Made by a program: the position numbers and the translations under genes. A stretch of 64,000 nt of DNA from the IMG/VR virus record IMGVR_UViG_3300026292_000003, positions 62,001 to 126,000 of that record. One strand, written 5' to 3'. Positions within the stretch are counted from its first letter, which is position 1; the number at the start of each line of letters is the position of its first letter. Under the pieces are notes generated by a model. That model did no database searches and was not told the origin of the DNA. It was given only the letters and a program-made list of their open reading frames with translations. This document shows positions 1 through 10,633 of this stretch, in pieces.

Positions 1-1
1 C

Positions 2-1654
2 ACAGCTCAAACAGATACACAGAATTTAACTTTCCAAGTTAATGCAGTTCCTACTGCTCCAGATGGACTTGGAAATAAAACAATTTCACTAGTAGATCCT
101 GCACAAGGTACAGATCCAAAATTAGCATATAATTTCACAGACAATAGTGCAACATCACCATTAACAGCAGGTGACGATTTGGATACAACTACTGCAAGGA
201 GATATACAGGTGGAACACTTGACACGACAATAGCAGAGAATGCATACGATGGACTATCGGGAACTGTAACTGCAATAGTTAATGGTACCCCGAGTGGATC
301 AAAAACCTTTTCTACTTCCCTCAACGAAACTGGTACATTTAATGATTTAGTGATCACTCAACAAGATGATGCTCACAATACAATAAGTGCTTCGACATAC
401 CCAACTGGTTTCTACCAAACATTTGATTCAAAAATTTCTAAACCATTTGCAGAGTATGCTATTGGTGTTAATGATCAGAGAATAGAACATAGTACAACAG
501 GTGAAACAAATTACGTAACTGTTATGTGTGATGACCTAACAGACGTACCTACACTTGATGATACTAGTTCTATTCTTTCTGAGAGTGTTTCAGGAAATTA
601 CAGATACATATCAGGTATACCATACTATAATACAGGAAATCCAAAATTAACTTTATCAGGATTAAGTGTAACAAATTGGATAGGACAAGCATATAGAGAT
701 ACTAGTAATGTTTTAGAATTTAGTAATGGTACTAATTCAGAAGGTACTACAGGCGGAACAATTCAAACACAATTTGCAAGTTATGCAGATTTAGAAGATG
801 CTACATATCTAGTAAATGGTGTACCAACAGCTAATACATTAAGTTATTCATTTGCTGATCAAACTATTGATATTACACAATCAAACATAGCGGCAGTTGA
901 AACTATCAAAGCTAGAATTAAGAATGTTAATGGATCAAGTAGCTATAAAGAATTTAATACAAAAGTACAAGTACACAGATCTAATCCAACAGGTGTAATA
1001 GAAGATAGTATACCTGTAGCAGGTAGTTTAGGTAATGGAGCAATAACAGACAATGCAATACGTATAGCAGATTTTGTTTCAGATGGTACAGACAACCCAA
1101 CAATAGTAGGTGCAACAGATTATACAGCTACACCATTTACAGGTGCAGTAAGTGTAAGTGGAACACAAGAAGCAACTGTACGTTGGGGAACATTAGAACA
1201 CAATACAACAGATTATTCAACTGGGTATCTTCCAGTTGGTCCTGATAGAAGTGCAGATACAGGAACACAATATTTTACATTCGCATTCCGTAGACAGGTT
1301 GTAGCTAATTTTAGTATTACAATTAATACAACTGGTATAAGTGGATTGTGGGTAGCGGCACCAGGTACTGCTATTGATTCAGCAAGTGGATTAAATGGTT
1401 GGATAGATGGAACAGCTCAATACGCAGGTGTTGGTGTACCAGGTAGTAATACAGCTTCAGGTGGTAACGGAGGAGACGGTTGTGCGTTAACAGGTGCAGA
1501 CGTTATTCCAACTAATACAAGTATTAACTCAACTTATACAATGACATTAGGTAGTGAGAATATGAGTAATGCAACTAACAATGTTGTACTAGTTAGAGTA
1601 GCATTAGAAGCAGGAAAACAAATTACTAACTTACAAATAGGGGAGTCTAGCTAA
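2..1654 (+). CDS. Virion structural (tail/baseplate-associated) protein, 5'-truncated
   Basis: Frame is open from position 2 (TAQTDTQNLTFQVNAVP...), so the TTG at 179 is internal. Thr/Gly/Ser-rich beta-type composition; stop overlaps the next ATG. Confidence 0.7.
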   Translation, partial: TAQTDTQNLTFQVNAVPTAPDGLGNKTISLVDPAQGTDPKLAYNFTDNSATSPLTAGDDLDTTTARRYTGGTLDTTIAENAYDGLSGTVTAIVNGTPSGSKTFSTSLNETGTFNDLVITQQDDAHNTISASTYPTGFYQTFDSKISKPFAEYAIGVNDQRIEHSTTGETNYVTVMCDDLTDVPTLDDTSSILSESVSGNYRYISGIPYYNTGNPKLTLSGLSVTNWIGQAYRDTSNVLEFSNGTNSEGTTGGTIQTQFASYADLEDATYLVNGVPTANTLSYSFADQTIDITQSNIAAVETIKARIKNVNGSSSYKEFNTKVQVHRSNPTGVIEDSIPVAGSLGNGAITDNAIRIADFVSDGTDNPTIVGATDYTATPFTGAVSVSGTQEATVRWGTLEHNTTDYSTGYLPVGPDRSADTGTQYFTFAFRRQVVANFSITINTTGISGLWVAAPGTAIDSASGLNGWIDGTAQYAGVGVPGSNTASGGNGGDGCALTGADVIPTNTSINSTYTMTLGSENMSNATNNVVLVRVALEAGKQITNLQIGESS

Positions 1655-2844
1655 TGGCAATTAGTGATAATCAAAAAATTGACTACCTATTTAAAAAGAT
1701 TGGTTATGGTGCGACTAAAACAGATACCAATGCTAATAAGTTGGCGGCTAACGAATCAATTCCAAGTCCGTTATTATTACGTGGTGATAAAGTTTGGGCA
1801 GAAGCTGGCAACGTTCCAGCAGTTAAACCAAATGCAGATACAACTGTAGTCAAGTTATATAATGCTGTTGAATGTACAGAAGATATAACGTCAACAGGAA
1901 ATAGAACTTGGAAAACTAATATTACAGATTGGATTACACCAGAGTTTGGTAGTACATATCTAGTAAGTGTTTATATACATGACGCAAATGATTCAGCAGG
2001 TGCTGAAAGTTTAGCTAATAAAGTATTCGTAACAGGAAGTGGTAACAACGACGAATGGTTCTTTGATTACCAATCAGGTGTATTAAATTTTATTGGTGAT
2101 AGTTTACCAGATGGTAAATCATTTACAGGTAAGAGTGTATATATAAGTGGAGCAGTATATCAAGGTAGATTTGGTGTAGGTGATTCAACAGTAACACAAG
2201 GCCTACAAGATCAGATTGATAACATTATACAAAATACTGATCCAGCGGCACTTGACTCTTTAAGTGAAATTGTTACAGCTTTCCAAAGTGCTGATAGTGC
2301 CTTTGCTACAAGCACAGATCTAAATAGTTTAGAAGCATTATTAAGAAATGATTTAGCATTTCCTTCTACTAACATAGAGCCAGCACAATCATTTACAGGT
2401 GATGGTACAACAACAGAGTATCAACTAACAGCTACTGACTTACCTTCAGTAGAAGCTATTGATGTATACGTAGATGATGTGTTACAAAGACCAGATGTAT
2501 TCTCAATAGATTCAAATAATAAACTAGTATTTAATATTACACCAGATGCAGGTGCAGATATATATGTAAAATATAGATTTCATTTTGCAAGTATTACAGC
2601 ATTTCCTGATAACTGCATAGAAAATAGACATCTTAATTTGATATATAATAGTAGTCAGTATACTGGTGATGCTACAACTACACAATATACTATTGCAAGT
2701 GGTCATACTGTACATAGTGTATTAGTAATAGTAGATGGAGCAATACTTCCACCGACAGATTATACTGTAATAGGGTCTACCCTAACTATAACAAATGCTC
2801 CGGCAAGTGGAGCAGTAGTAGACTTTAGATTTCTTCCAATTTAA
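1654..2844 (+). CDS. Virion structural protein with DPAALDSL fibre motif and two 'GDG.TT.Y..V.VD' beta modules
   Basis: TAATG coupling; modules shared with the neighbouring fibre gene. Confidence 0.7.
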   Translation: MAISDNQKIDYLFKKIGYGATKTDTNANKLAANESIPSPLLLRGDKVWAEAGNVPAVKPNADTTVVKLYNAVECTEDITSTGNRTWKTNITDWITPEFGSTYLVSVYIHDANDSAGAESLANKVFVTGSGNNDEWFFDYQSGVLNFIGDSLPDGKSFTGKSVYISGAVYQGRFGVGDSTVTQGLQDQIDNIIQNTDPAALDSLSEIVTAFQSADSAFATSTDLNSLEALLRNDLAFPSTNIEPAQSFTGDGTTTEYQLTATDLPSVEAIDVYVDDVLQRPDVFSIDSNNKLVFNITPDAGADIYVKYRFHFASITAFPDNCIENRHLNLIYNSSQYTGDATTTQYTIASGHTVHSVLVIVDGAILPPTDYTVIGSTLTITNAPASGAVVDFRFLPI

Positions 2845-2878
2845 ATCAAATCATAATACTTAATAAACAGCAATATTG

Positions 2879-2887
2879 AATAAATAC
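2879..2887 (+). promoter_or_regulatory. T4-late-like promoter (AATAAATAC)
   Basis: ATAAATA core recurs upstream of about 20 structural/late genes; resembles T4 gp55-dependent TATAAATA. Confidence 0.75.
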
Positions 2888-2981
2888 ATTGCATGGGTTT
2901 CGTACCTATGTAGAATACGTAAGTATTCTTTGCTTATAAAGATTATAAGCAAATCAAATATATTTGATTGGAGAAATCTCT

Positions 2982-5900
2982 ATGGCTTTTAGACAAATTA
3001 AGAGTCCGGCGTTAGCTAACCAGGCGGTTATCGACACCAAATTAGATGTTAGTTCAGTTTCAGGCCAAACAGCAACTACATCTTTGAACTCACTAGATAC
3101 TCTTCTTATTCACGACAATGCAAACGCGGCGTTAAAGAGCATAACTGCGGCCAACTTAATCGCATCTTATGACACTGACGATTTAGGTGAAGGTTCAACG
3201 AACCTATTCTTTACCAATGCAAGAGCTCAATCAGCAGTAGCGGCAGATATCGCTTCAGCTGTAGCGGCGGAAGCATCAATTGCACGTGCGGCAGAAACTG
3301 CAAATGCAAACGATATCGCGGCTGAAATAACAAGAGCGACAACAGCAGAAGGTGTGAATGCGACAGACATAGCTAGTGAAATTACACGTGCAACAGCGGC
3401 AGAAACAGCCCTGGATACGGCGTATAAGGCGGCAGATGCTGGATTACAATCACAAATAAGTAATATTATATCAAACGTGGATCCTGCGGCACTTGACAGT
3501 TTATCTGAAATTGTTGCAGAATTTCAATCACAAGATAGTGCATTAACTGCGGCTATTACAGCTAACTCAACATTAATTAATAACGAGACAGCTAGAGCTC
3601 AAGCGGCAGAACAAGCAAATGCAACTGCAATTAGCAACGAGGCAACAAGAGCACAAGCGGCTGAAGCAACTAACGCATCTGATATTTCAACAGAAGCGGC
3701 AAGAGCAACAGCGGCTGAAAACGCACTTGATGCTAGAGTAACTGCTAATGAAGGTGACATTTCTACACTACAAACTGATTTAGCGGCAGAAATATCAGCA
3801 ACTAACGGTGAAATCACTACACTAACAAATGATTTAGCAAGTGAAATTTCACGTGCAACAGGTGCTGAACAAGCGAATGCTCAAGACATTGCAAACGAAG
3901 CAACGGCAAGAGCAAATGAAGACACAAGTATTAGAGCAGACTTTGCGACAGCAGATGCTACAACTTTAGCATCAGCTCAAACATATGCAGATACAGCAGA
4001 AGCAGATGCAATCGCTACAGCGGCGGCAGATGCAACTACTAAAGCAAACGCGGCACAAGCGGCGGCGGAAGCACACGCAGATACAGTATCGGCGGCAGAG
4101 ACAGCGGCTATCAATACAGCGGTAGCAGTAGTTGACGCTAAAGTTACTACAAACACTACAGACATTGCGGCTCTAGAAACTGTAGTTGGTGATGTAGCAA
4201 ATACACCACTTGACACTACAGCAACTTCTTTAGGTGGAGCGATTAACGAACTACATACTGAAGTTACTACAGCAACAACAAACATTGCAACTAACACAGC
4301 AGACATTGCAACTAACGCAACAGATATCGCAACTAATGCGGCAGATATTGCTAACATTATTAGTAATACTGACCCAGCGGCTCTGGATTCATTAACAGAA
4401 ATTGTTACTGCATTCCAAGCTGGTGATAGTGCGGCGACAGCGGCAATCAATGCTAACGCAACGTCAATTAGTAACGAAGCAACAGCTAGAGCAAACGCAG
4501 ATACAACACTACAAACTAACATCACTGCTGAAGAAACAAGAGCTACAGCGGCTGAAGGTGTTTTAACTGCAAACCTAGCAAGTGAAGTAACTAACAGACA
4601 AGCAGGTGACGCAACTACTTTAGCATCAGCACAAGCATATGCTGATCAAGCAGAAGCAGATGCAATTTCAACTGCGGCGGCTGACGCAACAACTAAAGCA
4701 GACTCTGCAGAAGCAGACGCTAAAGCATATGCTGACACTCTACAAGACACTTTAATTGGTGACAATACTGTAGACGGTACAGCAGGTAATACTGTTACAG
4801 ACAGAATTGCTACAGCTAAAGCGGGTGCAGAATCAACAGCAGAAGCTTATACTGACCAAGAAGTTCTAACTGAAAAGACTAGAGCTATGGCGGCAGAAGC
4901 GGCTAACGCATTAAATATTACAGCGAATACAGGTGATATTGCTACAAACGCAACAGACATTGCAACTAACGCATCAGCTATTTCAACAGAAGTAACTGAC
5001 AGAGTTAATGCAGTAGCTGGTGTAACAACTTCATTAAACAATGAAATAGCAAGAGCACAAGCGGCTGAATTAGTTAATACACAAGCTATTACTGCTGAAG
5101 AAACAAGAGCACTTGCGGCTGAAGCGGCAAACGCAACTGCAATCGCAAACGAAGTATCAAGATCAACAACAGCAGACACGACGCATACAGCTAACATTGC
5201 AACTAACACTAACGATATTGCTACTAACTTAACAAGTATCAATAACGAGGTGGCTAGAGCAACAGCGGCTGAACAAGCACTTACAACTAACCTGGCTACT
5301 GAAACAGCTAGAATTGATTCAATTCTAACTAACACGGACCCAGCGGCGTTAGATTCACTAACTGAAATTGTTTCAGCATTCCAAAGTGCTGATAACACAA
5401 TCAATGGTGCAATCACATCACTATCAACAACAGCCTCAACTGACAGAGCGGCAATACGTTCTGAATTTGCGGCGGCAGACACAGCATTAGACAATCGTCT
5501 AACTACTGAAGAAGCTAACGTTGACGCATTACAAGCCCTAGCAGGTAGTGCGGCACTAGCAACTACAGCTCAAACATTAACTGAAGCAATCAACGAACTG
5601 AACGCAGGTACAGCGGCTGATTTAACTTCTGTTAATAACGCAATTGATGCAGTAGAAAGTGGTGCAGGACTAGCAAGTGATGGCTCTTACTCAGCTCACA
5701 CTGGTACACACGCAATTGACTCAGCTGTGTCATTACATGACGCAGACAGTAAATTGGATGCGGCTATTTTAGCAGAGAAAACAAGAGCAGAAGCGGCTGA
5801 AGCAACATTAACTACTAATGTGGCAACAAACGCAACTAATATCGGAAATAACACAACAGACATTGCAACTAACACAACAGCTATTGCTACAAATGCAACT

Positions 5901-7778
5901 GCTATCTCTACTAATGCATCAGATCTTGCATCAGAAATTACTAGAGCTACAGCGGCAGAAACAGCAAATGCTAACGCAATCACAGCAGAAGCAAATACAG
6001 CTAGAGCGGCAGAAACAGTTAATGCCAACGCAATCGCGGCAGAAACTACTAGAGCACAAGCGGCTGAATCAGCTAATGCATCCGATATAGCAGACAATCT
6101 AACTGAAATTACTGCAACACAATCTGGTGCAGGATTAGCAAATGACGGTACTTACAATACACCTAGTGGATCAAATTACATTGATACTGCTACATCATTG
6201 GCAAGTGCTGACACGAAGTTAGATGCGGCAATCAAAGCTGAAGAAACTAGAGCGACAGCGGCAGAGGGTGTTTTAACTAACAACCTTACAGCTGAAACTA
6301 ATAGAGCTACAGCGGCGGAAGCACAGAACGCAACTGATATCGCGGCGGAAGCTACGAGAGCGGCGGCGGCAGAAACTGTGAATGCAAATGCCATAACAAC
6401 AGTAGCTACTGATTTAGCAACTGAAGTGACTCGTGCAACTGCGGCGGAAAACGCAAATGCGGCAGACATCACATCACTAACAAGCACAGTTAACGATATT
6501 ATCAGCAACACGGATCCAGCGGCGCTAGATTCATTAACTGAAATCGTTACTGCGTTCCAAAATGCGGACAGTACACTAACAGGTGCTGTAGCGGCAAACG
6601 GAACGGCTATTGCGGCAGAAGAAACAAGAGCACTAGCGGCAGAGGCGGCATTAAGCACAGCCTTAACAAATGAAGTAAACGACAACGACACTGACCACGC
6701 GGCGGCGACAACTGACAGGGCGGCTATCCGTACTGAGTTTGCGGCGGCTGATTCAGCTCAAGACGCTGTCATCGCAACTAAACTAGCACTTGCTGGTGGA
6801 ACAATGGCGGGTGACATTGCAATGGGCGGACAAATGGTATCAGGACTGGGTACAGCAGTTAATGCTGGTGACGCAGTTTCTAAAGCAGTTATGGATGCGG
6901 CTATTTCAGCACAAGATATCACTGTATACACTACAGATGATTTAGCTGAAGGTTCAAATCTATACTACACTGATACTAGATCACGTGCGGCAATTAGTGT
7001 CAATGACGTTGCAGGAAACGGCTTGGTAAGTTACGATAATAGCACAGGTGTTATTAGTGTAAATACTAACGAATCAGTTCTTGACTTAACAGATGTATCT
7101 GATACAGCATACACTGGCAAGGACGGATACGTATTAGCAGTTAATGCGAACGAAGACGGTATGGAACTGTCAAACCCACTAAACGTTTTCTCAACACAAG
7201 AGAGACAAACAATTAATGGTGATGGTGTTGCTACGCAATACTCATTAACTTTTACAACAACACAAGATCAAGCATATGTGTTTGTTGGAGGTGTTATTCA
7301 GGATCCATCAACTCACTACACTATCGATAGTGCGGCGAAAACTATCACGTTTAACTCAGCAGTACCAGTTGGTACACAAATTGTTGTGTTATCACCAGGT
7401 GCAGGACTTAACCCAGTACTACTTGCTAACTCAGTATCATTCGACAAATTAGCGGCTGATATTAAAGCATACGTACAAAAAGGTGAAGTATCAGCTACAG
7501 GTTCAACTACAGTTGATTCATTCAACGGTGCGTTGTATCGTTCAGCGAAGTACATCATGCAGGTTGATGACGGTGCAGGTAACTATGAGACACGTGAAGC
7601 TTTAGTAGTACATGATGGTAGTACTGCATACATTACAGAGTACGCAATGGTTTATACTGGTGCAGACTTAATTGGTGATGCAAGTGTTACTATGAACGGA
7701 AACCAAGTTGAATTAACTTATACTCCGACAAGTGGTACAGCTACAGTTAAAGTGATCGCTACTTACATTGATGTGTAA
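2982..7778 (+). CDS. Giant Ala/Thr-rich coiled-coil tail fibre protein (~1598 aa)
   Basis: GGAGA RBS precedes ATG 2982 (MAFRQIK). Repeated E.TRATAAE..NA..I coiled-coil units, four DPAALDSL motifs, TDDL.EG..NL motifs, C-terminal YRSAKY...VHDG domain. Confidence 0.85.
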   Translation: MAFRQIKSPALANQAVIDTKLDVSSVSGQTATTSLNSLDTLLIHDNANAALKSITAANLIASYDTDDLGEGSTNLFFTNARAQSAVAADIASAVAAEASIARAAETANANDIAAEITRATTAEGVNATDIASEITRATAAETALDTAYKAADAGLQSQISNIISNVDPAALDSLSEIVAEFQSQDSALTAAITANSTLINNETARAQAAEQANATAISNEATRAQAAEATNASDISTEAARATAAENALDARVTANEGDISTLQTDLAAEISATNGEITTLTNDLASEISRATGAEQANAQDIANEATARANEDTSIRADFATADATTLASAQTYADTAEADAIATAAADATTKANAAQAAAEAHADTVSAAETAAINTAVAVVDAKVTTNTTDIAALETVVGDVANTPLDTTATSLGGAINELHTEVTTATTNIATNTADIATNATDIATNAADIANIISNTDPAALDSLTEIVTAFQAGDSAATAAINANATSISNEATARANADTTLQTNITAEETRATAAEGVLTANLASEVTNRQAGDATTLASAQAYADQAEADAISTAAADATTKADSAEADAKAYADTLQDTLIGDNTVDGTAGNTVTDRIATAKAGAESTAEAYTDQEVLTEKTRAMAAEAANALNITANTGDIATNATDIATNASAISTEVTDRVNAVAGVTTSLNNEIARAQAAELVNTQAITAEETRALAAEAANATAIANEVSRSTTADTTHTANIATNTNDIATNLTSINNEVARATAAEQALTTNLATETARIDSILTNTDPAALDSLTEIVSAFQSADNTINGAITSLSTTASTDRAAIRSEFAAADTALDNRLTTEEANVDALQALAGSAALATTAQTLTEAINELNAGTAADLTSVNNAIDAVESGAGLASDGSYSAHTGTHAIDSAVSLHDADSKLDAAILAEKTRAEAAEATLTTNVATNATNIGNNTTDIATNTTAIATNATAISTNASDLASEITRATAAETANANAITAEANTARAAETVNANAIAAETTRAQAAESANASDIADNLTEITATQSGAGLANDGTYNTPSGSNYIDTATSLASADTKLDAAIKAEETRATAAEGVLTNNLTAETNRATAAEAQNATDIAAEATRAAAAETVNANAITTVATDLATEVTRATAAENANAADITSLTSTVNDIISNTDPAALDSLTEIVTAFQNADSTLTGAVAANGTAIAAEETRALAAEAALSTALTNEVNDNDTDHAAATTDRAAIRTEFAAADSAQDAVIATKLALAGGTMAGDIAMGGQMVSGLGTAVNAGDAVSKAVMDAAISAQDITVYTTDDLAEGSNLYYTDTRSRAAISVNDVAGNGLVSYDNSTGVISVNTNESVLDLTDVSDTAYTGKDGYVLAVNANEDGMELSNPLNVFSTQERQTINGDGVATQYSLTFTTTQDQAYVFVGGVIQDPSTHYTIDSAAKTITFNSAVPVGTQIVVLSPGAGLNPVLLANSVSFDKLAADIKAYVQKGEVSATGSTTVDSFNGALYRSAKYIMQVDDGAGNYETREALVVHDGSTAYITEYAMVYTGADLIGDASVTMNGNQVELTYTPTSGTATVKVIATYIDV

Positions 7779-7810
7779 GGAGTATATCGCTTCTTAAGTA
7801 ACCAAACTTA

Positions 7811-7844
7811 AAGGGGCGTAACAAATTAAGGTTACGCCTCTTTT
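7811..7844 (+). terminator. Rho-independent terminator
   Basis: GGGGCGTAAC-loop-GTTACGCCTC followed by TTTT. Confidence 0.8.
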
Positions 7845-7887
7845 AAAATAGCTTTATTATCAAAGCGGATAATATTGCTAGAAAAAG

Positions 7888-7896
7888 AATAAATAC
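7888..7896 (+). promoter_or_regulatory. Late promoter (AATAAATAC)
   Basis: Motif upstream of fibre gene with AAGGAG RBS. Confidence 0.7.
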
Positions 7897-7947
7897 TTTG
7901 CTACTCAATGTGGCAATAACTTTTTTGATCAAAAAGGAGTCATAAAA

Positions 7948-9810
7948 ATGGCACAAAGAAAATTTATAATTGACGGTGGTTTTAAAACTGATGACGCCTC
8001 AGAATTACTAGCCAATTTAACAATGGGTGGTTCAATCCTACCTAATGTTGATTCGGATGGTACAACTGGTTACGACTTAGGTTCGACTACTGCTAAATGG
8101 AAAGATTTATACCTTTCTCAAGGATCACTTTACATTAATAACCAAAAAGTAATCCATGATGATTCAGGTACAATCGTTTTCAAAGCAGATATGGACCAAG
8201 GCTTAACTGTTAAAACTGAGGGCACAGGAGTAATTACCCTGCAATCAACACAAACAGTAAATGTCGCTGGTACACTACAAATTACAGACGGCAAAAACAT
8301 CACTTCAAGTGGTGGAACTTCAGTTGGTTTTGGTGACAAAATTGATATGGGTTCAAATAAGATCATCAACGTTCCTAATCCAACGGATAACGGTGATGCG
8401 GCTAACAAAACTTACGTGGACTTACAGGTTGCAAACGTAATCAACGGTGCACCAGGTGCGTTAGACACACTTAACGAATTAGCAAATGCTTTAGGCGATG
8501 ATGCTAACTTCTCAACTACAGTAACAAACTCAATTGCGGCTAACGCATCTGATATTGTTGCTCTACAAACTACTTCAAGTAATAATGCGACAGCTATAGC
8601 AACAGCACAAACAGATATTGTTGCTAATACAACAGCTATTACAGCTGAAGCAGTAACAGCAAGAGCAAATGAACAAGCAAATACTGCGGCAATCAATGCT
8701 CTAGATTCTGCATACCAAACAGCTGATGCAACAATTAATTCAGCAGTAGCTTTAAAAGCAAACAAAACTTATGTTGATACACAAGACACAGCATTAGATA
8801 CATCTTTAAAAGCATACGCAGACTCAGCTGAAACAGATGCAGTAGCTACAGCTCAGTCATACACAGACGGCAGAGAAGCGGCAATCACAACTGCTTACAC
8901 AGCGGCGATTGCATCTTCAGCGTCATCAAGTGGTTCAACTGCTAACAGTTACACAGACACAGAAATTGCAACAGCAACTACAGCTATTACTTCAGCATAC
9001 CAAACTTATGCTGATACAGCTGAAACAGATGCAGTAGCAACAGCGGCGGCAGATGCAACTACTAAAGCAGATGCGGCACGTGCAGGTGCAGTAGCAGATG
9101 TTAAAGCCTCTGATTTAGATATGGGCGGAAACAAAGTTCTTTTCGGTAACGTTTATTCAACAGACGGCGATCTACCAAGTGCGGGTACATACCACGGTAT
9201 GTTTGCTCACGTACACACTGGCGGAAAAGCTGTTATGGCACATGACGGTAACTGGGTAGAACTAGCTAAAACATCAGACCTTACAACTGCGGTTAACAAC
9301 CTTGTTGACTCAGCACCAGGTGCTCTAGATACATTAAATGAACTAGCGGCGGCTATGGGTGATGATGCTAACTTTAGTACAACAATGACTAACAATTTAG
9401 CAGGCAAAGCGTCAACTGGTACTTCAATTACAGCAGGTAATGGATTATCAGGCGGTGGTGACTTTAGTACAGACAGAACAATATCTATGTCTGGTAACTT
9501 TACTGGTGACTTTACAGCAACTGGTGATATTACTGCTTACTCAGATGAAAGTTTAAAAACTAACATCCAAGTAATTGATGGTGCATTAGGTAAAGTAGAG
9601 AACATTAGTGGTTATACTTGGAATAGAATTGCAGATGATTCAAGAGCAACAGGTGTTGTTGCCCAAGAATTAGAAGCAGTACTTCCAGAAGCAGTACACA
9701 CTGATGCTGATGGTTTAAAATCAGTAGCATACGGTAACATTACAGGTCTACTAATTGAAGCGGTTAAAGAATTATCAGCTCAAGTAGCAGAACTTAAAGC
9801 TAACAAGTAA
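7948..9810 (+). CDS. Tail fibre protein with C-terminal peptidase S74 intramolecular chaperone
   Basis: C-terminus AYSDESLKTNI...GVVAQELEAVLPEAV...VAYGNITGLLIEAVKEL is the typical S74/ICD signature; APGALDTLNELA motifs. Confidence 0.9.
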   Translation: MAQRKFIIDGGFKTDDASELLANLTMGGSILPNVDSDGTTGYDLGSTTAKWKDLYLSQGSLYINNQKVIHDDSGTIVFKADMDQGLTVKTEGTGVITLQSTQTVNVAGTLQITDGKNITSSGGTSVGFGDKIDMGSNKIINVPNPTDNGDAANKTYVDLQVANVINGAPGALDTLNELANALGDDANFSTTVTNSIAANASDIVALQTTSSNNATAIATAQTDIVANTTAITAEAVTARANEQANTAAINALDSAYQTADATINSAVALKANKTYVDTQDTALDTSLKAYADSAETDAVATAQSYTDGREAAITTAYTAAIASSASSSGSTANSYTDTEIATATTAITSAYQTYADTAETDAVATAAADATTKADAARAGAVADVKASDLDMGGNKVLFGNVYSTDGDLPSAGTYHGMFAHVHTGGKAVMAHDGNWVELAKTSDLTTAVNNLVDSAPGALDTLNELAAAMGDDANFSTTMTNNLAGKASTGTSITAGNGLSGGGDFSTDRTISMSGNFTGDFTATGDITAYSDESLKTNIQVIDGALGKVENISGYTWNRIADDSRATGVVAQELEAVLPEAVHTDADGLKSVAYGNITGLLIEAVKELSAQVAELKANK

Positions 9811-9828
9811 TTATATTACTAATATATT

Positions 9829-9859
9829 AAAGCGGGTGTAAGAAATTACACTCGCTTTT
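9829..9859 (+). terminator. Rho-independent terminator
   Basis: AAAGCGGGTGTAA-loop-TTACACTCGCTTTT. Confidence 0.8.
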
Positions 9860-9922
9860 CTTATGGCTATGCTATACTTCAAAAAGCGATAAATAGTATT
9901 ATAATTAGCTGTAGGAGTAAAA

Positions 9923-10612
9923 ATGGCATTTAGAAAGATACAAGTAAGTAACTTACAAAGCACAGAATCTGCTGTCAAAGACCCTTTACTAATACTTAAT
10001 CAAGATTCATCAGAAGATGTTGATTCAGGTTTTTTAGCAAAAAGAGGTGTCAGTACATATTCTGGGCTAGTACGTGATTCAGCTACAGCAAAGTTCTATT
10101 TAATTGAATCAATTAATTTAGTAACAAATTCTCTTAATGATATTAGTGCAGTAGATGGTACGTTATCAAAGGGTATACTAGAACTAAATTCGTTAAATGC
10201 TACAACAATATATGTAACAGGTGCAAGTGGTGCAATACATACAACAAATTTAGTAACAGAAAATATTGGCTATTGGCCAGCAGATCCAACTGATACAACA
10301 AAACATATTTTAACAGTTGGTGACGCAACTACACCTGCAGAGTATATAGGTAATGTTACAGGTAACGTTACAGGTAATGTAGTAGGTAATATTGAAGGTA
10401 ATATTATTAATTCATTGGGACAACCAGTAGTTGATAACTCGGGTGCTCTTAATCCTACTAGATTTAAAGTACCAAAAGGATTAACTTCAGAACGCCCAAC
10501 ACCGGCCGCAGAAGGCGATATGTGGTTTAATACAGAAACAAAGATGTTTGAAGGGTATGATGGAACAGCATGGCAACAACTTGTGCCTTCACAGTTTCAA
10601 AGTACACCATAA
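9923..10612 (+). CDS. Tail-fibre-associated structural protein
   Basis: Late promoter GATAAATAG at 9888; GNVTGNVTGNVVGNIEG repeats; C-terminal PKG.TSERP...G.MWFNTETKMFEGYDG..W domain common in phage fibres. Confidence 0.7.
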   Translation: MAFRKIQVSNLQSTESAVKDPLLILNQDSSEDVDSGFLAKRGVSTYSGLVRDSATAKFYLIESINLVTNSLNDISAVDGTLSKGILELNSLNATTIYVTGASGAIHTTNLVTENIGYWPADPTDTTKHILTVGDATTPAEYIGNVTGNVTGNVVGNIEGNIINSLGQPVVDNSGALNPTRFKVPKGLTSERPTPAAEGDMWFNTETKMFEGYDGTAWQQLVPSQFQSTP

Positions 10613-10633
10613 ATAGTAGTAGAGGATATATAA

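Noticed and set aside
2964-2981. ORF-track starts at 179, 2964, 14497, 19426, 23811, 51474 and 56040
   Set aside because: Better-supported starts (RBS or coupling) at <2, 2982, 14524, 19402, 23823, 51492 and 56046.
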